From a virus (lineage: Monodnaviria; Loebvirae; Hofneiviricota; Faserviricetes; Tubulavirales; Inoviridae), in IMG/VR virus record IMGVR_UViG_2663763400_000001: 11,250 nucleotides of DNA; one strand, 5' to 3'. The position numbers and the translations under genes were made by a program. A model generated the notes under the pieces. The model was not told where the DNA came from. It saw only the letters and a list, made by a program, of their open reading frames with translations, and did no database searches. Of this stretch, positions 1-7,734 are shown one piece after another. Each line of letters opens with the position of its first letter. Position 1 is the stretch's first letter.

Positions 1-258
1 ATGCGCTTTGAAGGGAATGCTTCTACAAGGAAATCTATTCAACAACGTCTTAAGCAGGCTTCAGATGCACGAGCTCAGGAAGTCGCCGGTAGCGAAGTGC
101 TTTACTCCGGTGATGCCAACCTGACTGATGAACAGATCGCTAAATTACCTTTTGCGTTATATCGCCAGGGCTACGAGTACTACTGGAAAACCCACGCACA
201 CCCAAACATATTCAGAAGCGTGAGGGATATAGTGCCATCAAAGCGCTGGCTGCTGTAA
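1..258 (+). CDS. Hypothetical protein (85 aa as given; begins at the window edge, so the true start may lie upstream); chromosomal flank outside the prophage
   Basis: Open frame from ATG at position 1 to TAA at 256-258. The product is not recognisable by eye. It lies outside the dif-bounded element. Confidence 0.35.
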   Translation: MRFEGNASTRKSIQQRLKQASDARAQEVAGSEVLYSGDANLTDEQIAKLPFALYRQGYEYYWKTHAHPNIFRSVRDIVPSKRWLL

Positions 259-410
259 ACAACGCAATTATCCAACTCATGGTCTATGGTGTGCCATCAC
301 TGAACAGAGGTTGAATTTTTCTACCGAAACGGGAGGGAAGTCAGAAATCACAACGTATTGATTTATCTGTGTGTGGATGTGAATGGTGAAGTAAAGGACC
401 TTCACAGGCA

Positions 411-438
411 ATTTAACATAATATACATTATGCGCACC
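411..438 (-). other. dif: dif chromosome-dimer resolution site (XerC/XerD target), serving as the left prophage junction
   Basis: Plus strand reads ATTTAACATAATATACATTATGCGCACC, the exact reverse complement of the 28-bp E. coli dif sequence as I recall it (GGTGCGCATAA-TGTATA-TTATGTTAAAT). XerD arm 411-421, central region 422-427, XerC arm 428-438. Confidence 0.85.
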
Positions 439-565
439 AATGGTAAGGATGGCAGAATCTGGCGGGAATCGTTGACACTGGCCGTCAACTGGCTACTATC
501 GACAGTGATTCAAAATCATCCGTTTCTCCAAACGAATCAGAATCAAATGTCTGTCAGCAGTAAGT

Positions 566-597
566 GAACGGCCTGACCTCACCAATCAGGCCTGTTC
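566..597. repeat. Imperfect inverted repeat (about 11-bp stem, 9-nt loop) overlapping the stop codon of the 579..827 ORF
   Basis: GAACGGCCTGA (566-576), loop cctcaccaa, TCAGGCCTGTTC (586-597). The arms are complementary apart from one bulged base. No clear U-tract follows on either strand. Confidence 0.35.
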
Positions 598-788
598 ATC
601 CAGTTAGTTGGTAAATCTGTACCTGATACACGAGAATCAAACACCACTTCTTCAGTGCCATCACCATGATGCCGGATAATCTGGTAACCGGATTGCGGGT
701 TCTGGCTCTCAGCTTCATAAGCAGCCCGGAATGCTGGATCTTTAAGAAGCATCACTTTCAGCTCCTGATGTGTCATGAATTTTTCCAT
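579..788 (-). CDS. Hypothetical small protein (69 aa from ATG at 786-788; the longest ORF extends to 827, 82 aa)
   Basis: Minus-strand ORF with product MEKFMTHQELKVMLLKDPAFRAAYEAESQ... The ATG at 788 has a weak GGGG Shine-Dalgarno 6 nt upstream, while the ATG at 827 has none. No family recognised. Confidence 0.4.
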   Translation of the reverse strand: MEKFMTHQELKVMLLKDPAFRAAYEAESQNPQSGYQIIRHHGDGTEEVVFDSRVSGTDLPTNWMNRPDW

Positions 789-972
789 GATAAGCCCCGA
801 TGAATGCTGCCGCGCCGAATCAGCCATAACGCTGAAAATGGAAACTGTACGGCTTGGCCAACCCCGGACAGCAACAAAACAAGTTTTGTCACTGACCGGC
901 GTTATCTTTCAAAACAGACAGTTAACGATTTTTTGTCTGGTGTTTATGCGTGAAATTTCGTGCGTACGAAAT

Positions 973-1221
973 TCACCACCAATAAACAAACGGACGATGA
1001 CTGACCGGAAAAGCAATGCCGTCAGCATCATGACCACGCATTACCTGATTGAGAAGCCTTCTGACTTCACGACGCTCAGGCCTGGTCATCATCATATTGC
1101 GATACCAGGACGGCGATTTATCAAACCATCTGGCACAACTGGCAAAATGTGAACCTACACGACGATAAGACTTAAGGCGGCCACCGGGAAGTCGGTCACG
1201 CGCCTTATTTTTTACAGACAT
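973..1221 (-). CDS. Hypothetical small, strongly basic (Arg-rich) protein, 82 aa
   Basis: Minus-strand ORF immediately downstream of the secretin gene, preceded by an AGAGGA Shine-Dalgarno 6 nt upstream of the ATG at 1219-1221. It is co-oriented with the phage operon. The overlapping + strand ORF 775..1152 has no ribosome-binding site. Confidence 0.4.
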   Translation of the reverse strand: MSVKNKARDRLPGGRLKSYRRVGSHFASCARWFDKSPSWYRNMMMTRPERREVRRLLNQVMRGHDADGIAFPVSHRPFVYWW

Positions 1222-1309
1222 AATAAATCCTCTAAGTAACTGAATACCTAGAAGATGTCGTACTGTTCATACCCCATAAAAGTTAACGCCATAATAAAAA
1301 TCCATACAA

Positions 1310-2554
1310 TCAGTTCAGGTTGTCCCGGAACAGTTCACCGCTCCTCGCGGCGCTGCGGGGCGTCGCCCTGCTCCGGTCAACCTTTCTGACCTGAAGCATC
1401 ACCATAATATCAGTCTTGTTGCTTTCACTGGTACGGGAACCGAAGAAGCTCCAGCCGGAACTGGCCTTACTGTCTTTCTGTTCAGCAAGGCCACCAAGTA
1501 AAATAATATCACCATCTGCAAGGCTGACTTCGGTTGTTACATCACGCTTGATAAGGGTTGGCGAGTTATTGACGCCGGTTTCAGTGGTCACAAAGTTGGA
1601 AAGCTGCTGCTGAATCTTGAGATCCATTGTCCGACTTTTGATTGATGGCGTCACGTTAAACAAAACACCGCTGGAACGATATTCAACGGATTGCGTTGTC
1701 GTATTGTTATTCACCGTAACACTGCCCAGTACTGGCACATCAGAGCCGACTGAAAAAGACGCTGAGGCATTATTTTTTACCCGCAGTCGTGGCGCACTGA
1801 CAACAGTAAAACGACTGTCGGTTTTCAGCAGATTGAAAATGGCATCAATGGAGCCGGTTCGAATATTGATAAAATTATCCAGTCCGGCAGCACCAACTGA
1901 AATATTGAATTTATCAGACAGAATTTTAGCCGCTAAAAGAATGCCGGAGCCGTCAGACTGCGAGGTCTGAACCTCAAAAACATAACCAGAAACAACCACT
2001 TCATCACTCATCGTATCCAGCGAAGTGACCAGTGTTTTCAGGATGGCGATATCCTCTTTCGTACCATAATAAACCAGAATATCACCGGTTCGATTGATGT
2101 AGTTGCTTGCCCCTGATGAACCTTTTAGCGAATCGTCAGAAATCACGGCTCCACTGTTATTGAAGGAGCCTGAAACGTAGCCGCCAAGAATATCAGACAG
2201 GTAGGCAACAGAACGGTACTGAGGCGTATAAGTCCATGTATAACGTGGCTTAACCGGCTCTTTCGGCGTATAGGGCGCGATAAAATCAACACCCTTTTTC
2301 GTCCATATTCGAATGTTCATATTGCCAAGATAACGGGTTACAAATTCCCGTTCATCAATATCAGGTGTTAACCTGAATGTAATCATTCGTTCATCATTAA
2401 CAAGCTGTGGATCTAGCATATACGGGACTTTAAGCACCTCACTGTAAATAAGAGAAATAGCCTCCGGTAGCTTGACTTTATTTAATTCAAGCTCTGACCC
2501 TGCGAAAGCACATGAAGAAAATAGTAGCGTTAATGCGAGTAAAATCTTTTTCAT
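1310..2554 (-). CDS. Filamentous-phage secretin (pIV-like outer-membrane export channel), 414 aa
   Basis: N-terminal signal peptide MKKILLALTLLFSSCAFAGS. The C-terminal region has a secretin-like Gly/Ser-rich segment (DGDIILLGGLAEQKDSKASSGWSFFGSR...). The start codon overlaps the stop of the upstream Zot-like gene (TAATG at 2552-2556). Position matches gene IV of Ff phages. Confidence 0.85.
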   Translation of the reverse strand: MKKILLALTLLFSSCAFAGSELELNKVKLPEAISLIYSEVLKVPYMLDPQLVNDERMITFRLTPDIDEREFVTRYLGNMNIRIWTKKGVDFIAPYTPKEPVKPRYTWTYTPQYRSVAYLSDILGGYVSGSFNNSGAVISDDSLKGSSGASNYINRTGDILVYYGTKEDIAILKTLVTSLDTMSDEVVVSGYVFEVQTSQSDGSGILLAAKILSDKFNISVGAAGLDNFINIRTGSIDAIFNLLKTDSRFTVVSAPRLRVKNNASASFSVGSDVPVLGSVTVNNNTTTQSVEYRSSGVLFNVTPSIKSRTMDLKIQQQLSNFVTTETGVNNSPTLIKRDVTTEVSLADGDIILLGGLAEQKDSKASSGWSFFGSRTSESNKTDIMVMLQVRKVDRSRATPRSAARSGELFRDNLN

Positions 2555-3579
2555 TATTTTTTCCCCGTATAAAGCGTCACACGCTCACCATCAATAATTC
2601 CGCTCATCAACATCCCTTTGTAATTAAAACTGGATGCAGGAACGGCACGCAAAACACCGGCACCATTAACAAGAATCACAAACGCCCTGCCTTCACTGGT
2701 CATTCTCCCTGATATACGCCACTCGGTTGAAAGTGGCGGTTCAGCTGGTTCTGAGGGAGTATCTGGTGCTGGAGTAGCAGCGGAAGAACGAAACATGGCC
2801 GCATCACGTACATCTGTTGTAGTCAAATCTGGCGAGGGATCGCTTCGGCCAAACGTGCTGAAAAATGAGTAAATCAGCCAGCCTGACCCGATAAACATCA
2901 ATGGAAAAAGCACAAGAAAGAACCTGACTTTGCCAGAATTCCAGATGCTCTGGCGTTTATCTGTCTGCTTTTCATTACCGTTATTTCCTTCATAACTTTT
3001 GTAAAGTTCAAAAATATCAGGGTTATATTTATTGCGATAACTGGTGACGAGGTTGCTTTTATAGATTTTGTGGCCTGAATATACGTCAATGCAGTAATGA
3101 TTATTCAGGCCCAACGCTTTCAGCTTGCGCATCCGGTAAGTTGTTTCTATTTTGTCTTTCAGAAAGCGAGCAATATTAGAAAGTGACTGATTTACAATAA
3201 CCAAATCACAGCTAATACCCGTTTCAGGGTGCGTAAAATGACGATGTTCAGCAATAAATGATTTCTTCTCAGCCGTCATATCCTTATCGCTACCGAAGAT
3301 TCGCCATGCTTCATCAATAACAATTAAATCACCAAACTGGCAAAAGCTCCCTTCCCCACCTTTAAAAGGAAAGAAATCTGCTTTAAGCACATCATCATTA
3401 TCCACAACAATAATTTCTCCCGTTGCATCAGGATAACGTTCGGTGATTTTATCTTTTTGTAAACCATAAATGTTCGTCACAACTCTCCGGCCGCTGGTAA
3501 ATGCCGGAATAATGACATTGCAAACGGCTTCATAACTTTTTCCTGAGCCGGGTATGCCAATATATGCAGAAATAGCCAT
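2554..3579 (-). CDS. Zot/pI-like phage assembly ATPase (zonula occludens toxin family), 341 aa
   Basis: N-terminal Walker A motif (MAISAYIGIPGSGKS), a Walker-B-like hydrophobic stretch ending in DE (LIVIDEAW) and a central transmembrane segment (FFLVLFPLMFIGSGWLIYSFF). This is the architecture of Ff gene I and Zot proteins. It sits directly upstream of the secretin gene. Confidence 0.9.
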   Translation of the reverse strand: MAISAYIGIPGSGKSYEAVCNVIIPAFTSGRRVVTNIYGLQKDKITERYPDATGEIIVVDNDDVLKADFFPFKGGEGSFCQFGDLIVIDEAWRIFGSDKDMTAEKKSFIAEHRHFTHPETGISCDLVIVNQSLSNIARFLKDKIETTYRMRKLKALGLNNHYCIDVYSGHKIYKSNLVTSYRNKYNPDIFELYKSYEGNNGNEKQTDKRQSIWNSGKVRFFLVLFPLMFIGSGWLIYSFFSTFGRSDPSPDLTTTDVRDAAMFRSSAATPAPDTPSEPAEPPLSTEWRISGRMTSEGRAFVILVNGAGVLRAVPASSFNYKGMLMSGIIDGERVTLYTGKK

Positions 3580-3582
3580 AAC

Positions 3583-3870
3583 TCACCCTATAACAGGAAT
3601 ACGTCGAATAATAAAACGAGTAGCCATTGCGGAGATAATCATACTAATCCCCTGTGGTAATTTACTCAGGTTAATGAAGTACCAGAATCCGTCTGATAAA
3701 TTGGCAAACAGCGATGAGAGATTGCTTGAATCTGGCAGTAACTCAACAAGGATTTCAACGAAGCCCTGGACTACAAAATACAGCGCAAAGAATACGACGA
3801 ATTTAATAATCAATGACCGGAATACAAAACCTAACAAAGTATTTAATGCACTAATCAGAATCCCAAACAT
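3583..3870 (-). CDS. pVI-like minor coat / membrane protein, 95 aa
   Basis: Very hydrophobic small protein encoded between the pIII-like gene and the Zot-like gene, the position of gene VI in Ff phages. Strong AAGGAG Shine-Dalgarno 7 nt upstream of the ATG at 3868-3870. Confidence 0.55.
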   Translation of the reverse strand: MFGILISALNTLLGFVFRSLIIKFVVFFALYFVVQGFVEILVELLPDSSNLSSLFANLSDGFWYFINLSKLPQGISMIISAMATRFIIRRIPVIG

Positions 3871-3882
3871 AGTTGCACTCCT

Positions 3883-5595
3883 TTAGGCACTCAGAATAAT
3901 ACGGAGCGCAACAAATCCCCATATAATCAGAAATATGGTTTCTACGGCGCTTCTGTTCTGCTCAATTAACGGACAATGGGAGTCAATTCTGTACTGGTGA
4001 TTAAACACGCTGAATTCAACAACGGGGCAGGATGCTGAACGAGAGCCGATGTTAAATTCGTTTGTAAAAGGCAACAAGTTAATAATTGGCGTTAAAATAT
4101 CTCTTGCCGTTGGCGTTTCTTCAAGCTCAGGCTCTTTTACACCGGGATCTTCTCCCAAATCTATATTGCCATTATTTCCAGTGTCAGATCCTGAGTTGTT
4201 ATTAATGGTAATATCAATATTGACGTCAGCCCCTGCACTGTCAGATACAGGTGAAAGCATATCTAATAACGTTGGAGATAGCCTAAGTTCCGACATCGCA
4301 GAAGTTACTTCAGCCGGTGAAACCTCTTTAAACGGTAAGCCGTTATAATCGGCATTAACGGCAGCTTCAGACCACAGCTCGTTAATCATGTCGGCAAGAA
4401 GTGCTGGCGATACACTAACACTATCAAGATACTCCAGATAATCAATCATGGACTCAATATTTCCAGCCTCCAGTACTTCCGTCATGGCTTTATATTTGGT
4501 ATTGGTCCAGATAGTAAGCTCACTCTTTTCATCAATATCTTTTGCGGTGTAATCCTCTTTTTCAGGAACGGCACAAATCGTCGAATATCCACCATTTGAC
4601 TGATTAGTCGTTTTACAAGGCGTGTTGTGATACTGATATTGCTTTCCTGCTGTTAAATAAGCAACGCTGTAATACATGGGAAGCCCTGCTACATTTTCAT
4701 ACATGGGAATACCTGCGGGAAATGAAGATGCGGCCGGGTTGCTATACAAGTGTGTAATCTCAGGTATTTCATAAAATGAGGAAGGATAAGTAAACTTATA
4801 ATTCTGTTCAGTAAAGGATACATCTCCATTACTGTTGACAACTTTATTCGTCACAGTGCGTTCAAAATTCGTTAGTGTTTCAGTATAAGTACGCGAGTTA
4901 TAGTCATTAAGATAATTTCTGGCAATTTCAGTTGGATTATCACCATAGTAATAAATTAGCTCTTTCGAATCCTGATAATAATAAAGTGCATTATCTGGCG
5001 TGGAATATCCTGTTTCAACACCTACAACTGGAGAACCCGCATCCACATTATTACGACTAACATGAAGGATTACCGGACTTAATTCCTGTGGTTCAAAATT
5101 AACGGTTATCGTCTTACTTTCACCACTTTGACCACTGTACGTTACTTCATATAAATTATCGGAAATCTTTTTACCGTTAGTCATTACCATTACCGAGCCG
5201 TCAGATGAACTCAAAGAAGACGGAACAAAAGATGATACAGCAGCAGCAATACCCGCCCACGTTGCAACACCGCTCATTTTGTATGATGAGGCAGCAGGCA
5301 AGTATTCGGCAGCATTAGCCGCAGCGCGGCCAACAAAAACACGGGTTGCTGTAAGCTGTGATGCCGTATAAATCGCATCATTGGCAGCAAAGCGACGAAC
5401 AAGCACCCGGCCAACGACTTTAGGAATAACAGCCCGCGCAGCCACTGCTGCAATTGCTGGTACAAATGAATATGAATATCGGGGAAAGGAAACCCAGAGA
5501 AAGGAAAAAATAAAGGAATAAACCGTCAGCCTCTTAGCCCAAGAATAACGACATAAGCTGAGACGATCCCCCATAAAAGGGAACCCAATTTCCAT
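3883..5595 (-). CDS. pIII-like minor coat / host-adsorption protein (start codon uncertain; longest ORF 570 aa)
   Basis: Large ORF after the major coat gene with Gly/Ser/Asn-rich linker segments (for example NNNSGSDTGNNGNIDLGEDPGVKEPELEETP) and a C-terminal hydrophobic anchor (IFLIIWGFVALRIILSA), as in Ff pIII. The ATG at 5595 has GGAG 8 nt upstream. An alternative start at 5277 precedes a signal-peptide-like segment (MSGVATWAGIAAAVSSFV). Confidence 0.6.
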   Translation of the reverse strand: MEIGFPFMGDRLSLCRYSWAKRLTVYSFIFSFLWVSFPRYSYSFVPAIAAVAARAVIPKVVGRVLVRRFAANDAIYTASQLTATRVFVGRAAANAAEYLPAASSYKMSGVATWAGIAAAVSSFVPSSLSSSDGSVMVMTNGKKISDNLYEVTYSGQSGESKTITVNFEPQELSPVILHVSRNNVDAGSPVVGVETGYSTPDNALYYYQDSKELIYYYGDNPTEIARNYLNDYNSRTYTETLTNFERTVTNKVVNSNGDVSFTEQNYKFTYPSSFYEIPEITHLYSNPAASSFPAGIPMYENVAGLPMYYSVAYLTAGKQYQYHNTPCKTTNQSNGGYSTICAVPEKEDYTAKDIDEKSELTIWTNTKYKAMTEVLEAGNIESMIDYLEYLDSVSVSPALLADMINELWSEAAVNADYNGLPFKEVSPAEVTSAMSELRLSPTLLDMLSPVSDSAGADVNIDITINNNSGSDTGNNGNIDLGEDPGVKEPELEETPTARDILTPIINLLPFTNEFNIGSRSASCPVVEFSVFNHQYRIDSHCPLIEQNRSAVETIFLIIWGFVALRIILSA

Positions 5596-5618
5596 AATTC
5601 AATCTCCATAATAACCTC

Positions 5619-5646
5619 AAGTAAAACGGGCGATATTGCATCGCCC
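5619..5646 (-). terminator. Candidate intrinsic terminator or attenuator between the major coat gene and the pIII-like gene
   Basis: On the minus strand, GGGCGAT-GCAAT-ATCGCCC (7-bp GC-rich stem, 5628-5646) is followed by GUUUUACUU. Its position matches the known terminator downstream of gene VIII in Ff phages. Confidence 0.4.
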
Positions 5647-5659
5647 ATGAATAATGAAT

Positions 5660-5893
5660 TTATGCGGATTTAACGGTACGCAATACCCAGCGAACGCCAG
5701 CGACACCGGCATAAAGTGTTACCAGTGAAGCAGCAACGGCCATAATCGCAACCAGAACTGTACTGAAATCAATGCTGTTCGTCAGCGGCGATAAATCAAC
5801 ACCACTTGATGCCGCTCCTTCTGCAGCGAAAGTCGCGCCAGAAACAGCCATTAATGCAGGTACAGCCAGAAAACTAACGATTTTTTTAAACAT
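5660..5893 (-). CDS. Major coat protein (pVIII-like) precursor, 77 aa
   Basis: Signal peptide MFKKIVSFLAVPALMAVSGATFA, then a mature protein starting AEG... with an acidic N-terminus, a hydrophobic transmembrane core and a basic C-terminus (RWVLRTVKSA). This is the hallmark layout of inovirus major coat proteins; the M13 mature pVIII also starts AEG. GGAG ribosome-binding site 8 nt upstream. Confidence 0.8.
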   Translation of the reverse strand: MFKKIVSFLAVPALMAVSGATFAAEGAASSGVDLSPLTNSIDFSTVLVAIMAVAASLVTLYAGVAGVRWVLRTVKSA

Positions 5894-5927
5894 AACTCTA
5901 TCTCCATTACATTTTAAAGGTTCGCAT

Positions 5928-6179
5928 TCAAGCAGTACGAACCATCTTTATTACCTGTCCCACACCTACAGAAAAAAGCCAGAGCAGCAGGACAGAGCCA
6001 AAACCTAATGTCCAGTAATTTCCCATTGCAGAATAATCAATTTGATGAAATGGTTCAGAACGTACCATTATTGCCTGACATTCTTTTGCATTGTTCGCAT
6101 TACATAAATAACCTTCAATACGGTAACCATTTTCAGGAATATGATTATCAAACTGAATATCGAAACCTGATGCATCCAT
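5928..6179 (-). CDS. Small membrane protein, 83 aa, in the position of Ff minor coat proteins pVII/pIX
   Basis: ORF between the putative ssDNA-binding gene and the major coat gene. It has a C-terminal hydrophobic helix (YWTLGFGSVLLLWLFSVGVGQVI). The start is tightly spaced after the upstream stop (TGATTATG). Confidence 0.5.
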   Translation of the reverse strand: MDASGFDIQFDNHIPENGYRIEGYLCNANNAKECQAIMVRSEPFHQIDYSAMGNYWTLGFGSVLLLWLFSVGVGQVIKMVRTA

Positions 6180-6181
6180 AA

Positions 6182-6499
6182 TCAGCCTTTTATTTCAGTA
6201 ATGCCGCCATCTGATGAAATGTTATAAGTTACTCCTTCCCTCCCCTCCATTGACCAGACGCGAACATATACAGGTATCTGGACTAACTTACCGATAAAAT
6301 TATTTGCCTGATTCATTACACCGGCATTAACAAGAGCCTGAGATACACGAATAATAATCTGGTCTTGCTTAGTGCCGCCAAAACCATCAGGAATCTCTAA
6401 GCCAACACCAATTTCATTATAGTATCCCTGACCATTGACCTTATTACGCTGGCGAGCACCAAGCATTTTACCTTTTACAAAAAGACCATAATTAGACAT
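6182..6499 (-). CDS. Putative ssDNA-binding protein (gene V equivalent, by position and size), 105 aa
   Basis: Small ORF immediately downstream of the replication initiator gene, with a strong AAGGAG Shine-Dalgarno that overlaps the initiator stop codon. The assignment is positional; I could not confirm sequence similarity to Ff gV by eye. Confidence 0.45.
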   Translation of the reverse strand: MSNYGLFVKGKMLGARQRNKVNGQGYYNEIGVGLEIPDGFGGTKQDQIIIRVSQALVNAGVMNQANNFIGKLVQIPVYVRVWSMEGREGVTYNISSDGGITEIKG

Positions 6500-6510
6500 A
6501 TCACTCTCCT

Positions 6511-7563
6511 TTAATGCCAGTTACTGGCATGTGAAATACGGTTATAATCGAAAATTAAACCTTTCTCATAAACCCATGATGGAATTTTGGCTGGTTTGGC
6601 TTCAAGAGTACGAACCAACGGAACAACGTTATTAGAATCCGGTGACTCACAATAAAAGTTAATATCTATTCCGAAAGAAAGTAATTCTTTACGGTGTCGG
6701 TAGAATGTAGGTTTCGGTAACATCTCTTTCATGTTCGCGCCCTGCTTCCACAATAAATATGTAGACTGTATTTTTCTTGGGAGATTAATTATTTTTTCAT
6801 CAGTTAATATAGTATTTTGATTCATTTCTATTCTCCCTACATAGTCAGAGAATAATTTATTGGGCGTCTCAATATTCCAGCTATTACCAAGCGTAAGATT
6901 CAAATCAATTAATTCAGTTGTTCTTAATGTTAATTCAATGCGTAATTTATCTTTTGACCAGTCCAGTAAACCAGCTTTAACGAATTCGTCTGCCATCTGG
7001 TGCCCTTTTTTGCCAGATGTATGCTCATCATATTTTGAATAAAATTTCAGGCTCCAACGACGGGAGTTTTTCCCTAAGTAAACAGTGCCACCTTTACCAC
7101 AGGCGCGACCGTGGCGAGTTTTAGCTTTAAATTCTGCGGCATATAACCATGCGCGGACATTTTCTAATGTTGACAATGAATACATGTAATTGATATCGAT
7201 GCGCGAGATCTTAAATTGCCCTTCCATGACCTGCCGATAGGATGGTAGATCATGAGGAATATGCAGTAATGCCAATATTCTGGCGTAAGCTGTTAACACC
7301 AACCCTTGCAAATCGTCGGAACCGATAACAGAGTGACCTTGCAAAAACTTTGATGGATTACCGTCAATGTAGAGATGTGTTGCCCGACCTTCACCATCAG
7401 ATCCAACAGACCTTACTTTCATTGTGGACTCATGCGAACCGCGAACGGTCAACCGTTTTACTGTTTCCCACTCCACTGCACCGTCAGCATCGACGCTGAC
7501 GACACTACCAGCCGGTAACGGTCGGTGTGTGCAAGGCAGGATTCCGGTAAACCAGTCGATCAT
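6511..7563 (-). CDS. Rolling-circle replication initiation protein (pII / RstA-like), 350 aa
   Basis: First gene of the minus-strand phage operon, about 350 aa with N-terminus MIDWFTGILP... Size, position and divergent arrangement with an HTH repressor match the replication initiators of integrating filamentous phages. Confidence 0.75.
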   Translation of the reverse strand: MIDWFTGILPCTHRPLPAGSVVSVDADGAVEWETVKRLTVRGSHESTMKVRSVGSDGEGRATHLYIDGNPSKFLQGHSVIGSDDLQGLVLTAYARILALLHIPHDLPSYRQVMEGQFKISRIDINYMYSLSTLENVRAWLYAAEFKAKTRHGRACGKGGTVYLGKNSRRWSLKFYSKYDEHTSGKKGHQMADEFVKAGLLDWSKDKLRIELTLRTTELIDLNLTLGNSWNIETPNKLFSDYVGRIEMNQNTILTDEKIINLPRKIQSTYLLWKQGANMKEMLPKPTFYRHRKELLSFGIDINFYCESPDSNNVVPLVRTLEAKPAKIPSWVYEKGLIFDYNRISHASNWH

Positions 7564-7734
7564 AAGTAGTCACACCCATCAAAATATGTGTCAATAGTCA
7601 TTTGTGAGCAGATTGAATGGTCACAATGTAATATGCTCAGTTCTGACAGTCAATACATTTGCAATGTTTAAATTGTCAGAAATGAGCATCAAATCTAACT
7701 ATTGAAAAACCACTGTTAAGATGGAGCCAAGTAG
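7564..7734. promoter_or_regulatory. Divergent intergenic control region between the replication gene and the repressor gene (candidate promoters and operators)
   Basis: Non-coding 171-bp AT-rich spacer. The minus strand has a candidate sigma70 promoter toward the replication gene (-35 TTGACT at 7653-7648, 17-bp spacer, -10 TACATT at 7630-7625). The + strand has a TG-TAATAT element at 7627-7634. Repeated GTCAATA (7590-7596, 7649-7655) and TGTCA/TGACA motifs are present. Confidence 0.5.

Noticed and set aside
358-567. 69-aa + strand ORF spanning the dif site
   Set aside because: It overlaps the dif recombination site, has no ribosome-binding site and its product has no recognisable features. 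Most likely a chance ORF.
775-1152. 125-aa + strand ORF in the accessory region
   Set aside because: No Shine-Dalgarno sequence, runs antisense to two minus-strand ORFs (one with a strong ribosome-binding site) and spans palindromic non-coding-looking sequence. A real gene here cannot be fully excluded.
1416-3089. Internal or antisense ORFs within the secretin and Zot-like genes (1416..1613, 1617..1970, 2512..2712, 2898..3089)
   Set aside because: They lie entirely within or opposite well-supported genes that have clear domain signatures. Their products are low-complexity and lack ribosome-binding sites.
3554-5465. Overlapping ORFs in the pVI/pIII region (3554..3886 +, 4049..4348 +, 5274..5465 -)
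   Set aside because: Antisense or out-of-frame overlaps of the pVI-like and pIII-like genes. The Ser/Pro/Leu-rich products are typical of spurious frames.
5772-7042. ORFs 5772..6008 (+) and 6860..7042 (+)
   Set aside because: Antisense to the major coat and replication initiator genes, with no translation signals.
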